DNA of 64,000 nt. Source: Phaeosaccion multiseriatum. Taxonomy: Eukaryota > Protista > Ochrophyta, other classes. Positions 11,768 to 24,811 of the stretch are shown here, one piece after another. Under the pieces are notes generated by a model. The model searched no databases. It was not told the origin of the DNA and saw only the letters and a list, made by a program, of their open reading frames with translations. The stretch is taken from NCBI GenBank assembly GCA_965112735.1, contig OZ218956.1:496001-560000 (forward strand). The letters are read 5' to 3'. How positions within the stretch are numbered: position 1 is the stretch's first letter; each line of letters starts with the position of its first letter. The position numbers were made by a program, and so were the translations under genes.

Positions 11768-14700
11768 ATGCCTTCTCACCGCCGCGTGGGCAGCTTTTCC
11801 TCCACCCGGCAGGAGGGGCCCAGCGCGCAGACCCTTGCTGCGGTGCAGGAGAAGATCGACGACCTCAAGTCCAATGTGAGTCCAGCGTGAGGGCGGAGGA
11901 GAAGGAGGAGGGGCAGGAGACAGAATTTTGTCGCTCGCTGCTTCCTTCCTGCGGGGGAGGCGTCGGTAGCATGGGGTTTCGGTAGCGTGGGCTGGTTGCA
12001 CACTTCAAGCTGGGAGAGTTGGTTGTACGCTTAGACCTTAAGTGAGTGTCTTGCACAGAGAACAGAGGCAAGAGAGCATATCCCACGCTCTCACGCTCAT
12101 ACCATTCGCGCGCGTCTCGTGCCTGAAGTCTATTCGCTGACGGATCCGCCCCATATGCCTCCCACATGCCTCCTTCCCTTGCGAACTCACAGGTTGGCTT
12201 CAAGCAGAAGGCAGTATTCACGCTCGGCACTTTGGAAAAGGTGGGGCTTTGTACATCTGCTGCCTTCCCTCCTCGTGGTACTCACCTCATGCCACTCACC
12301 GCATTACATCCCTGCCTCTCCTCCGTCTCAATCTCAACCTCAACCTTGGTCTCGATATCACTTTCAAGGCAAGACGACCTAATGTCTAACCTTTCCAGCC
12401 CCCCCCCAAACCCCCCTTGTGTGATGACTGATCACTGACGCATGCTGGGCAGATGGTGAGCCACCCCGAGTCTGACTCCGGACAGGCCTTCCTGCAGTGC
12501 CGGGGCATCCAAGCCGCCACCGACTGCATCTCACGCAGCGGCTCCGTAGAGGGCACGGGAGAGGGCACGGAAGGATGGCAGTGGACGGGCACGCACCCCA
12601 AGGTTTCTGAGGCGGCGTGTCGCGTGGTGGGCGGAGCTCTACAGTGCGCGACGGCCCTGGAGGACTCACAGGAGCAGCTCAGTGCCTTCGTTGGAGCGGT
12701 GAGGGAAGGAGAGAGGAAGGAAGGGAGGGTGGGAGAGGGAGGGAGGGAGGGAAGGAGACCGTGACCTGTGTTATGGGGCCGTGTACTGCCCAAAGCCTTC
12801 CGTGCCGAGTCGTTGTGTCTGTCTATGGCCTTCACAAAGTGGGGAAGGGAAGGAAAGGGAAGGGCCAGCTGTTGACGGGCTCAGGCCGGGGGCTTACTTC
12901 TTGCCGTACCACGTGCGTGTGCATCGGTGAATGCCGTGTTTGCCTCGCCATCACAGGTTGTCGACCGCCTGACCGAGGCCCTGGATGAGGAACATATGGC
13001 AGCCAATGGGGACGCGGTGCACGACCTGGGCAGGGCAGGGGTGACATTCTTGGCGACTGTGGCCTCGAGCAGTCTCACGGAGGACCAATGCCTCAAGGGG
13101 GGGGGCGTGGCGGCGGCGGTGCTGGTGCTGGACAAGCTAGGAAGGAGAGACGAGTCGGTGTATCAGCCCTGCTTCCTCATACTCGACAAGGTAAGGCGTT
13201 GTCTTGATGCTTTGTCTGGGTGGGCTAGGCCCTTGTGGTTTGGGCAAGGGGCGGGGAAGGGGTATGGGGGTCGAAGCAGGGCTGACGTGGGGTATTGGTG
13301 GCCCAACCTTAGCCTTGTGTAGAGAGCGTGTCGTCAAGAGCCCGTCGTTCGGCCAAGGCTTGACTCCGCCTGCTGCTGCTGCTGTATCACCAACTGCTGT
13401 ATCACCAACTATCTGCTGCAGGCGAGCAGGAGGAAGAAGGGGGAAGAGGCGCAGCGCGCGCTGGCTGAGCACGCTCCACAAGTGCTCGGGGTGGTGTGCT
13501 GTCTCCCCACCTCCTATCTACTCCACACGCTGCAAAGGCAGGGCAGGAGTGTGCTGGAGAGCGTACTTCGCACGGTCGACAGCTTCCGAAGGGAGGAGTT
13601 GCACACCCACGGCGGGGAGGGACTGAGGGGGTGGCTGCTGGAGCTGGCCATCACGGTGGAGCGGTATCCGGGGCTCTGCCCCAAGGTGAGGAGGAGGGGA
13701 GGAGGCCTGGCTGAGGGCATAGATGGAGGGACCTGGGGAGTGCTGGACATCGAGAGAGAGATAAGAGGAGATAAGGGTGGAGTATGAGGGAGAGAAGAGA
13801 CGTGGCGGGTGGGACAGAGATGGTGGAGTCAGACACATATCGAGGAGAGAAGTAGTGCCAACGGACGCCTAAGCCATGCGTAACTCTCCCAACGCTTTGC
13901 CCTTCCCATTCCCCTTGTCGGTCACCTTCTCCCTCAGGTGGGGGCGCTTCTGTTCAGGACGCTATCCGCCAACGCGGAGAAGAGAGGGGTCTGGCTCGAG
14001 TCCCTCACCAACGGTGGCACTGAGGAACAGGTAGGTGGAGAAGCGAATACGTCATCGTAGTTGGGAGCTGAGTAAGTCAGTGAGGAGAGCTTATGATGGC
14101 AAATGCTGGCATGCCCGGCTCTTCGTCACGTCGGCTCCGGCATTGGCCGCCTCCGCTGCTCTGTTGCTCGGATGGTCTGATCGATGATTGCCCTCTCTAT
14201 TCGATGATCGATGATCGATGATCGATGATCGTTGACGGCCGTGTGCAGGTGCGGGCAGCCAAGACACTCGCGGGATTGGCACCATCGAAGAAGGGTGCAG
14301 CGCTCCTGTCCTCCTCCAACTGCAGCGCTGCCCTACTGGCGGGGAGTAAGGGCATCTCCTCCTCCCATGAGGGGGGGGCGGAGGCGGCCAAAGCCCGGCA
14401 CTGCCTTCGGGCGCTGCGCTCGCTGGTGGCGGACAAGAGTTTCTGGGCTCACTTGGAGCAGCAGGAGGGAGCAAGTGGCAGGAGCAGTGGGGGCGTTGTC
14501 GCTCAGGGGCAGAGTCTCGCGGACGTTGCCCTCCAGGTGATGTACACGCTGGCTCGAGGACTAAGGGAGGGGGAGGGGGAGGAGGGTGAAGTGGTGAAGA
14601 GCTCCTCCCAGCAGCAGAAGCAGCAGCAGGATCAACACGAGGACTTGCTGGAGAGCTGCTTGTCGGCGGCAATGGCTCTGTTGAGCAGGCTCCTGGTCAC

Positions 14701-17700
14701 ACAGAGGCAGATAGGGGGTAGTGCGCGCTTGCTTGCCGGGAAGGAGGAGAGGGTCCGGTGCCTCGAGGAGGCGGTGGAGCTGCTGCACCAGCAGGTACGG
14801 ACGATTACTATGCATAGGCGGCTCCCCCACGTCTTCAGTTTGGTATGTTGTGCATTGGCGCCTGTTCCTCCTCCTGCTCTGATCAACACGTCTCACATCA
14901 CCCCTTTCACCTCGTGGCCCTTTGCGCCTCGTCGTTTCTCTTCCGTCGACTCGTCTTCCTCCCTTCCTTCCTTCCTTCCTTCCTTCCTTCCTTCCTTCCG
15001 TCCTTCTCTCCTTCCTTCCTCTACCTCTGCCTCTGCCTCTGCCTCGATCGAAGATGCACAATCCCAAGGTGGTGTGGGCGGGTCTGCTGCTCATCAGCGC
15101 CCTTGTGCAAGGCCAAGAAGAGGTCCTGGAAGGGGTGGGGTGGGCTGCGGCAGAGAGGCTGCGAAACAACCTCATAGTGGGAGAAGCCATCGAGCACCAC
15201 AACGAGGATGAGCCCGTGTGGGGGGCGGGCCTACACACCTATCTGGTGCTGGACAAGGCGTGGAAGGCCGGGAGGGAGAGGGTAGCGGGGGGAGGGGGAG
15301 GGGGAGCGGGAGGGGGGCGGCAGCGTAACGAGGGGGGGGGCGGGGGGGGCGGTGCAGGAGGAGGAGGCATCCGAAGCCTGTTGGTGGGGGAGGACAGGCG
15401 GCAGAGGATGCTTCGGTCTTGCCTCGAGCAACACGAGGGAGACGGAGACCTAATGGGAATGGTCTCTGCCGCCATTAAGGGGCAAAAGGTGCACGGGGCG
15501 GGGGGGGGTGCAGCCAATGGAGGCAATGGAGCCGCTTCAGGAGGGGGACTAGAGAACGGGTGTGCGAATGGGGGTGGCGGTGGCGGTGGGCCAGAGGAGG
15601 AGGTGGAGATGGGAGAGGCCAATGGGGTATCGTCGTCGCCAGCTGAAGGGGCTGGAGGAGGAGCAGGAGGAGGTGGGCACCATGATGACGCATCCCTCGT
15701 GGAGGATTTGAGGAAGGTGGAGCTCGAATTCAAGGAGATGCAGGTGCATGAGAGGGAGGAGAGTGAGGAGGAGGAGGAGGAGGAGGAGGAGGAGGAGGAG
15801 AAGGAGGGGAAGGAGGAGGAAGACGCGGAGATGGCAGTTGATGGAGACGGAGGCGGAGGGGAGCAGGAGTTAACGCATAGTAGACCTTCCCCTTCTTCGC
15901 TAGTGGGGCAGGTACATGCTCGGCCAGGGGGGGGCATACCTGCGCCGGGAGGAGGAGGAAAAGGAGGAGCAAGAGACCGACCAACAAGTGGCAGTGGCCG
16001 GGCCAGTGGGCAGAGTGGGGGGCGACCAGCGTCGCGCGCCAGTGGAAAGTCAAGCAGTAACAACGGGGGGTTGGACTTGTTCCGCCCGGACTTTGATGCC
16101 AGCCTCATGGAGTTGTGGGAGGGCGGGTTAGGGGCGGAGAAGAGGGTGAGGTCCAAGGCTCGGCTGCTGGCTGCGAGTGGGCGACCCAAGCTGTCTGCAC
16201 AGGCGCAGCAGGGCGTGTTTCCGCTGCAGGAGGTGTGGGCGAAGGTGCAGGGGGGCCAGCTCAAGAGGGGCAGGAAGGAGGGAGGAGAGGACGAGGGAGG
16301 AGAGAGGGACGAAGAAGGGGAGGAAGGGTTCGAGGTGGGCCTTGAGAAGGCCTTGCTAGCGGCGCTGGGCAGCGCATTTGGAGAGATTCAGGTGCGTGCG
16401 TGAGTGCGTGAGTGCGTGGTTGGCGGGGATGCTTTGGAGCCGATCATCAATTTGGCACTGCGTTTGGTAAAACACTTCTCTCTACGCACTCGCTGACATA
16501 CTCGTCTTCTTCTCCGCCTCCTCCTCCTCCTCCTCCTCCTCCTCCTCCTCCTCCTCCCCCTCCTCCTCCTCCTCCTGCTTCTCCTTCTGCTGCTGCTGCT
16601 GCTGCTGCTGCTCCGAAAGATGTACCAGCGCGAGATTGACAAGTTCCGGCAGGCCTTGGAGAGCGCCGGGGGTGGGCAGGGGGGCAAAGAGGCGGCAGCG
16701 GCGCGGGCCATCGATGCAGAGGCGGGGCACTCCATCGTTGAGACACTCGCAGAGACGCAGCAGCAGGGCGGGGCGGTGGGCGGGGCGGTGGCTCTTAGTG
16801 GAGAGGAGGATGGGGAGGGGGAGGGGGACGGAGAAAGTGGCGCGCATGGACCCGCGCTCGCGCCCACAGTGACACAGGCGGACGTTGAGATTGCACTCGA
16901 GTACACCATGAATACGCTCAAGGTGGGTGGGCGCGTGTGTGGGCGCGTGTGTGGGCGCGCGCGTGTGTGTGAGTGTGAGTGTGAGTGTGTGCGTGTGGGA
17001 GTTGTGACAGAGCTGGCGTGGGGCTCTCTTCTTTGGAGTCGAGAAGGGGGGGGCAGAGGGGGAGGAGGGGAGGAGAATCTTGCATTGGAAGGGATGATGC
17101 GATGGTCGGCGACATGGGTCTGAGGACGTCTGAGGATGTCTGGTTGTCAGCATCTAGTCCTCTTAGCGTCGTCAAGTCTCACTCTCTCACGTCCCCCACC
17201 GCCCACTCCCCTCCCCTCAGCTCCCTGACCCTGACCTTCCACCCTGCCCCCTCTTTCTCGCGACCCCCCTCCCTCCGTCGGACACCCACCCACCCACCCA
17301 TTCACGCCATCCTATCCCATCCCATCCGTTGCCATCCTATCCGATCCACTGCCATCCACTGGCGTCCCAGGGCGAGGTGGTGTCTCTAACGCCGTACGCG
17401 ATGAAGCATCTGGAGAAGGCGGTGGGGTCTTGTAAGGACGGGGCGGATAAGTGCTTCAAGGTCATCAAAGGTGAGCAGTACCCTTGATATATATATATAT
17501 AATATATATAATATATATATGTATGTATTATATATATATTATATATATTCCCGGCGTGGGATCGCCTGGAGTGGGCTCTTGCCTTTAGTTTCGGTTTCAG
17601 AGAGGTTTTGCCCTCCTTTCGTAGCTGCTCTCTCTTCTCTCCTTGGCGCCTTCCGTGGTCGCTGCGGCAGCTGTGCTCCCCCCGTCTTAAACCCTTTCCC

Positions 17701-19560
17701 ACCACCGATCGGCACGCAAAAATGCACGCACACGCGGCCAGACGCCCATCTGTTCTTCAAGGCCACGCTTGTGGAGCTGAACGGACAGGAGATCCGTACG
17801 GGGCACAAATGGGAGCTCGACGAGGAGGCCTTCTTGGAGAGGGTGCCAGACTTCCGGTGAGAGTGTGCGCTAGTGAGTGAGTGAGTGAGTGAGTGAGTGA
17901 GTGAGTGAGCGCGTGCGTGCTTGCGCGTTGTGCACTGCTGTTCAGCGCAAGCGCAGCAAGTGACTGATGGGACGTGCTGTGGTGCTGTGATTTCGTGGTG
18001 TTGCGGTGCTTCCGCCCGTCCGCCCTCCTGTCCAGATGTGCCCCTTGTTCATCTATATCCCTCCCTCCCATCTCTCGTCCTCCTCCCCCCTGCCCCTGCT
18101 CCCCCCCCTCCCCTTGCCCCTGCCGTCTTACCCTGCCATGACTTGTCTGTCGTGTCCCTTGCAGCAAGCGGGAGGCCCAGCGTCAGCTCCGCATGCTTGT
18201 GGCTGCCTTTGACAATCTCAAAGAGGACGACGATCGTATGGAGCTCACCACCTCCATTGACATAATCCGTAACCGTCATGTGCTCATGTCCATGGCAAGG
18301 CTGTCCAAGGACGTGCGCCCCTTCGCCGAGAGCACTCGATTTGGCTCCACCGCTGGCGGCCGAAGTACCAACGTGAACACCTCCTCCTCCTCCTCCACTA
18401 CCCTCCACAAGCGAAGGTTGTCGGGTGGCTCGGGTGCGAGCGTGAGCACCGTGGGGAGTGGTGCAAGGAGAGGAGGCAGCGTAGGAGGAATGGGTATGTC
18501 GCCGCTGGGGTCAAAGGCAGCGAGGAGCGTTGGTGCCGCAGCTGCTGCCTCTACCTCTGCTGGTGTGACTGCCACGCCCAAGAGGCAAGCGAGGCAGAGC
18601 ACCGGTTCCTTCTCTTCCGGACCGGGGCTCAGCAGGACTAAGCTTGCGTCCCGGCCGTCGGTGGGGCGGGTCTCTGGGGGTGTGAGGGCATCATCTGCGG
18701 CAGCAGAGGATGCGAGGCAGTCGCGGAGCGGGAGCACCCCGGTCGGCAGAGTGGGAGGCCGCCGCACTCCTGCTGCCTCCGGGACAAGAGCTGGCGTCTC
18801 GTCGAGTACGCCAGCAGTTGGTGATACAGCAGCCGCAAAGACGCCGCGGAAGCAGGTCGGCATAAGAAGGGCCGCGGGGGGACAATTGGCCAGCAGCAGC
18901 AGTCACAGTGTCAGCGGCAGCGTGGGCGTCGGCGGTAATGCGAAGAGCCTCCGCGCCGGTCCTGCCAGCCCAAGTCGGAACGTGGGAGTGGGCAGCCCAA
19001 GGGGGCAGCAGCCACCCATGAGCCCGAGGGGAGTGCGGCCCGGGGGGAGTAGGAGTCCCAGGGGGGCTAAGGCGCCGGCCACGGCAGGGGTCACCCCCCG
19101 ACGGGCGGCGGCGGTTACAGCAGTCGCTGTCAAGAAGCGCCGGCCCACCGGGGTGGGAGGAGGGGTCAAAGCATCCCCTGGCTCTGCGCCTGTGCCCGCA
19201 ATGGGCGGCAAGGCCCTGGTCAAGACCCCTCCGCCCCGGTCAGGCTCCAGCGGCATTGGAGGAGGTATGAGCAGCGCCATTGGGGGAGGGCTGCGAGCGA
19301 ACACTGCGGCGGCGGCCCCGCTGTCGCCCTCAGGGTCAGGGTCAGGGTCAGGGTCAGGGTCAGGGTCAGGGTCCGTTCCTCCCTCGTCGGGCCTGAGGAG
19401 CGCGAGTGCGGGCAGCAAGCTCCGGACGCCCGATAGCGCTGGCCTAAGGAGGAAGCTGAGCGAAAGTGCGCATGACAGACCCGCAGCTGGCGACGGCGAG
19501 GGGGGCGGTGGGCAGAGCGAGGAACCCAAAAAGAAGAGGGCGGGGGCGACAGCGGCTTGA
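11768..19560 (+). CDS. Large hypothetical protein: N-terminal ARM/HEAT-like helical region, acidic/Gly-rich middle, long Ser/Arg/Pro/Gly-rich basic tail with PKKKR. 12 exons: ~11768-11875, 12193-12240, 12453-12698, 12957-13190, 13422-13686, 13938-14030, 14249-14794, 15054-16391, 16620-16922, 17371-17470, 17742-17856, 18165-19560
   Basis: A chain of GT-AG-bounded exons with compatible phases links several ORF-track fragments. Leu-rich amphipathic helices, many S/T-P motifs in the tail, and an SV40-type NLS EPKKKR near the stop. Confidence 0.65.
17487..17548. repeat. Nearly pure (TA)n island within an intron
   Basis: The only long AT-only tract in a GC-rich window. Confidence 0.85.
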
Positions 19561-20087
19561 AATGGGCAGGAGCGAGGGTTGGAGGGGGTGAGAGAGAGGC
19601 CTCTAGGTGGTCCTGTTTGGCGGTGTTGGCTTGTGCGTCTTGTCTTGCTCGCCCCCCCCCCTGGAGGAGTATAGGCAGGCAGGCGGGCCGGCGAGGATGG
19701 CAGCAGAAGGACGGGTGGATCGGTGGGGGGCGGGTCGGAAGGGACAGCGCACAGCACACGGAATGGATGGCACTTTAGGGTGTGCTGGGCGTGCGATTTA
19801 TGTGCCCCCTCGGAGAATGTATATAATTCAAGGAGTACAATTGAACTTGAAGTATTTTTTGAGAGAATGCTTTTATGTCTTAGTTCCCCAGTTCCGGCCA
19901 CGCTCAGACCGCAAAGACCATACGTAAGGGGGTGAGGGGGAGACATTGCTTGTGTCTGGGGAAAAAGGGTTCTCCAATTTACGCATGTGTTCCTGCCCAG
20001 GCCTCCTTCCCTCCAATCAGCCACGACATCGTGTATTACATCTGTTGTGGGCTTTGCTTCTCGTTCAGCCTTTTTCTTCTGAGGACG

Positions 20088-21408
20088 ATGAGTGTTGCTG
20101 TGAGGGGCGCTTTCGCCCGGCGCATTCGAGGGGAGAGCAAGGAGCCCCTTGTGCATCTTGCCGTAGCCCTCATGGAGGCCAGAGGCGTGGATCTCACATT
20201 CCTCCTGCTTAACCGTGGCCTCAGGGAGCTGGCGGACAGAGAGAAGGGCGAGGAGCAGAGCATCGGTGCCTTCCTCCTGGAGCTTCTGGCAGAGCTGCTG
20301 AGATTCCTCCTTCTTAAGGTGAAGGATGTGTCGGTGACTCCGTCTCCGATCGTGGAATCGGTCTGGAGTGTGGCACGGCTGCACACACAGGAGTACGAGG
20401 ATCTGTGCATGGCCCTGACGGGAGAGAGTGGAAAGCTGCTTCACAACGACACTCATACGGCGAGGTACACCGCCACGCTTGGCTTGTACCGGACCGTGTT
20501 TGGCCAGCCTCAGTCCTGGTTTTGGCCCCAACAGGAGCAGTGCAACGACGTGCAATCTCGGTTGGGGGGGGACAATGAGGAGGAGGAGAAGGAGGACGAG
20601 GATAAGCGCGTAGTCATTGTTGTGCAGGGCTTTTCGGGGCGGGATGCTCACTTCAGTGTCAAGATGGCAACAAAGATGGACGAGGTGAGTCTATCTTGGG
20701 GTAGTCTAACCTGCTCAGGGCAGCCTGGCTTGGACGGAATGGGGAGTTGTGGGACTGGACGCCCCTTCTCTTCAAGCTGAAGCAAGGGGCGGGCCAAGCT
20801 AAGCCTCTGTCTCGCCCGTCTTTATTTCCCTCGACGCTCCTCTTTTCAGATCTTCAAAGCGTACGTCCGGCGCCAGTACGGCCTACAGAAGCGTGCCGAC
20901 TGCCGAGTCTTGCTCGCCGACCTCTGCTTCATCGTCAAGGGCAGAGAGCTGCACAACGCTCACATCAGTGTCGCTGACTGCGGCCTGGCTGGAGGCTCAG
21001 TGATTCACTGCGTGGCCAGGCGGATCGGCGTTGCTGTGATGGGCCAATCTGGACGGGAGTTGCACTTCCAGGTCAAGCCTTCGACCAAAATTTTGAAGGT
21101 GAAGAGACCACTTGTGCCAACTTGCCTCGCTTGCCTTGATGGTTGCTCGCGTCTTCAAGCAGAGTGAGCTAAGCCTCTGTCTCGCCCTCGGTCGCCTTTG
21201 CTTGCGTACAATACCTTCCCTCTTGCAGGTCTTTGAGCATTTCGTGCGGTATCAGCAGGGCCTTCCCACAGATGCCGACTCCAGTGCCTTGCTTGAAAGC
21301 CGTCGCTTCATCCTGAATGGCAAGCAGCTGCCGATTGATTGTGGCACCAGTATTGCTGACTGCGGCCTGGCTGAAGGCTCTCTCATTTACTGCATCGACC
21401 GCTGCTGA
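20088..21408 (+). CDS. GRDP/DUF1399-like domain fused to two SUMO/ubiquitin-like domains. Exons 20088-20684, 20850-21098, 21229-21408
   Basis: The N-terminal pattern RFLLLK..PSPIVESVW....LHTQEYEDLC..G..LHND...RYTATLGLYRTVFG.P...W resembles the PSxxVDxxWHxH family. Two beta-grasp repeats follow: VVQGFSGRDAHFSVKMATKMDEIFKAY...FIVKGREL...SVADCGLAGGSVIHC and VMGQSGRELHFQVKPSTKILKVFEHF...FILNGKQL...SIADCGLAEGSLIYC. Confidence 0.72.
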
Positions 21409-22049
21409 GGCTGCTACGGTGACGGGTACTGTGGGAGGAGAGAGTCAGGTTTTGGATGGCGATGATGACGGTACGGCTCTGACCACGAGCCCAGCCCTAA
21501 GCAGACTGAGAGCTTGGTGTGCGCCACAGTGAGCGTGCTGGCCCTCGACCCTGTGTGCGGTCTCATGTGATAGCGTGCTAAGAAGGAGCTGGGCTGGAGC
21601 GAGAGCGAAGTACTTAATATTGTACAAGTAGTTAGAGCAAGACGCGACACCTCGGGGCGGAGGACAACACAGGCAGGGGCGGGATTGGCCAGCGCGCGGC
21701 CGTTCGGACCCGCTCTCGTCAACGCAGCTTCCTACCGTCGAGCGGGGGAGCCTTGAGCGGTTTGGGCGAGCGAAGGACTGGTCCATCGCGAATCGGAGCC
21801 CCGCAAATCATCGCACGCTTCCTCCTCCGGCTGGGGGGTGCTTGGACTAACAATGAAAGAAGGAATGGAAGTGAGTATTGCTGCAATACTCTCCCGCCCG
21901 CCTGCCTGCTGCAAGTCTACCCCTGACACCTACTACTACTCCTCCACCTTCACTTTCAATGGACAACAACACCACCCCAACCGCTTGCATGGAAAGCTCC
22001 TGAAAACCCTCCAAGAGGCAAGTGTTGCTTCTTCTGCGTCTGGCTGTGG

Positions 22050-22559
22050 CTAAGTAGGGTTCTGTCTCCAAACTTTCTCATGGGTGCCGCAGAAAGCCTC
22101 GAAGCGTCCGATGGGCCTGCGGTGCACCACATTAGTGAAGAAGTCGTACACAAGGTGCTTGCAGTTCTTGATCCTGAAGTCGTACGGATGGGCCTTCTGC
22201 TCCTCGTAGAAGTCGGTCACATCCTTCATAGAAGTATCGTGGTCGGGCTTCCCGTCCCTAGTCCGCTTCTCACCCTCCTCCAGCTCGCGGTTGTACAGAC
22301 GGAGCCCCGTGTCGACGTGCTCAAGCATAGCTGTCTCGCCGTTGGTGAAAGTCAGCTCCGCAGCGAAGTGCGTAAACCAGCTCTCAAAGGTCCGATCGCC
22401 CTGCCCAGCGGTGAAGATACACTCGATGTCCCGCATCGCGCCAATACTAAGCCCTTCGTCCAGCTTACACAAGAAAGTCTTGACCTTAGTCACGCGAGTG
22501 TCGTGTGGAACTGCAGCAGTGCCGTGAGACACACAGCTGCTGCAGTCTTTAGCAGACAT
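22050..22559 (-). CDS. Intronless permuted papain-like (PPPDE/LRAT-type NlpC/P60) hydrolase, 169 aa
   Basis: His in a beta-strand (WFTHFAAEL) precedes YDFRIKNCKHLVYDF, matching the H...Y-x4-NC-x-H(F) signature of circularly permuted NlpC/P60 peptidases. The ORF is a single uninterrupted frame. Confidence 0.62.
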   Translation of the reverse strand: MSAKDCSSCVSHGTAAVPHDTRVTKVKTFLCKLDEGLSIGAMRDIECIFTAGQGDRTFESWFTHFAAELTFTNGETAMLEHVDTGLRLYNRELEEGEKRTRDGKPDHDTSMKDVTDFYEEQKAHPYDFRIKNCKHLVYDFFTNVVHRRPIGRFEAFCGTHEKVWRQNPT

Positions 22560-23034
22560 ACTCTCATTTTGGACCCCATTGTTGGAGCAGCAGGAGAAGG
22601 GGGGCGCAGCAGCTCTTCCTGTCAGTCGGAAGGCCTGAGATCCCAGGCCTAGGAGCGCAGGGAAAGCTCAGAGAGACGCGAGACGGTTCTACCACCACCT
22701 CTCCTACACTATCTACCCTCTTCCCACTTCGCCAGAAGCTTGCTTGACCTGGCTACAGTAAGAGAGAAGAGTATAACTCACAGCTGACAACGGAGGGGCC
22801 GCAGAACGGGGAAGCATGCAGCAGACGGCTCTTTCTGGGTAAGGGAGCTGCTCCCCGCCTTGCCTGCTTTATTTCGCTGCTGCTCCTTCCGCGTACGCAA
22901 GTCCGTTCCCAAAAAAAAAATGCTAAATCCTACCAATGAATCCACCAAGATCACACAGACGAGGCGAGATTTTTGTTGACTTCTGACGAAACGGTTTTCC
23001 TCCGTTGTTCCGTGTGAGTGGTTTGCTCATTACG

Positions 23035-24778
23035 ATGATGCGGCAAGCACGACGCAGGCCTCGGCATGGGGCCAGGATATCGCCACCAGCAGCTGCGGCT
23101 CTTCTGTCGGGCTTCCTATGTCTGGCCCAGATGGGCTCACGCTCGTTTGGAGCTATGGCATTGGTCGGGCAGAGGACGGAGACTTTGTCGCTGGACCTGA
23201 TGGAGGATATGCTTGTGACCACGCTGGGAAGGGAGCTAAGAGGGGCCACGGACTCCAATGAGGCCTTCTTGGAGGCGCTAGACTTCCAGTGGACGGTGGT
23301 GGAGGAAGGGGCTAGGGAAGGGCGGAGAGAAAGACACCCTTACGTGGTGTGCTTGAGTAGAGACCCGGTGTCGCTGAGCATGGTGAAGGAGGCTGTCCAC
23401 GCCACCAGGATCAAGACATTCTACTCCAGAGGGTGAGTTCAAGAGAAGGGAATGCGAGGGAAGAGACGGGGGCGGTGGAGAGGGTGAGCTCCGACAAAGG
23501 AGGAGGCGTGAGGCGTGATCGGAAGTTGGGATAGAGGGAGGAAAGGTTCACATTGTGGGGCAGCACATAGAACCCAGTCCCCCCCAGCATCCCCACTATT
23601 CCCGTCTATCCTTCCTTGCGTACACCCTCCCTCATGCTCCTCCCATATCCATGCGCATGCCTCTGCAGCGAGCGCCACTGCGTGCTGGCAGGGGCCTATT
23701 TGGACGAGGCCCGCGTCCTGCAGGGGATGGAGGGTGTGGACATCGTGTCTCCCGTCCCACAGGCGGGCAAGATGGCCCACGCTCTGTATGCCGAGCTGCA
23801 GACCTTGCTGGACGACGAGCAGGAGCAGGGACAGGCGGAGGGAGGTGACGGTAAGAGGAGGGAACGGAAGGCCCAGAGAGCGACGGGAGGTGGGATAGGC
23901 GGGGAGGAGGAGCAGGACAAGGCTCGATTGGCAACGAAGGGTCTTAGGCGGGAGAAGATGGGTGGAGACCGGTCGTTTCCCCTGGGACGAGTGCGTAGTG
24001 GTCCTTGTTCGCGTTTGCCACCAGTTCCCCCTGGCCTCCAACGACCCGCGGTTTTGCCCTTGTCGTCTCTCCTTTCCTGCATTGCTACCCACACGGCACA
24101 CACACACATACAAATACACACACATACACACAAACAAACATACACACACATACATATACACACACATACACACAAACATACATACGGAGCAGAAACCCCC
24201 GAAGTCTCACAGAGGAGAAGCAGCAGTGTCCACTTTGCGTTTAACGACGGTGGGGCCATTCCCGACGCGCTCGATATTACCCTCACCCCGGGGACTTGGG
24301 GCATCGGGCTGGGGCACAAATGGCGAGAACAGATACACAACATGGCCACCAACGAGGACGATCCCGCGGGACTGTGGGGACAGGCCAGTGGCGGCACTGG
24401 TGATAGAGGAAGTGATAGGGGCAGCAGTAGAGATGGCAGTAGAAGTGATAGGAGAGGCAACGGAGACAGCGGCAGGGGGGGGGGAGGAGGGCAGGGGGAG
24501 GCCCCCTCACAACAGACGCGAGCAGGCCCTGAAGGTGGCCAAGGAGAGGAAGACAGGGATCCCCCCGCCGGCACTGGCCAGCACCAGCACCGAGGGCTGC
24601 GGGATCGTCTACTGTGGACCAGCGGGCACCACGGACGGAGGCTGCGGGAGGAGCATGGACTGGGGGAGAGGGTGGCGCTGTGGGACCATGTGTCTCGCAG
24701 GACGAGCAGCCAGGCCGGGGTGTGCGACTTTAGTGCACTGTGGCTTGAGGGAGAGGAGCACATCCACCTCACCCAGGC

Positions 24779-24811
<33 letters not shown>

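Noticed and set aside
18903-20651. 582-aa minus-strand ORF
   Set aside because: It overlaps two better-supported plus-strand genes and is low-complexity antisense translation.
22080-22652. 190-aa plus-strand ORF
   Set aside because: Antisense to the motif-bearing permuted-papain ORF and has no motifs of its own.
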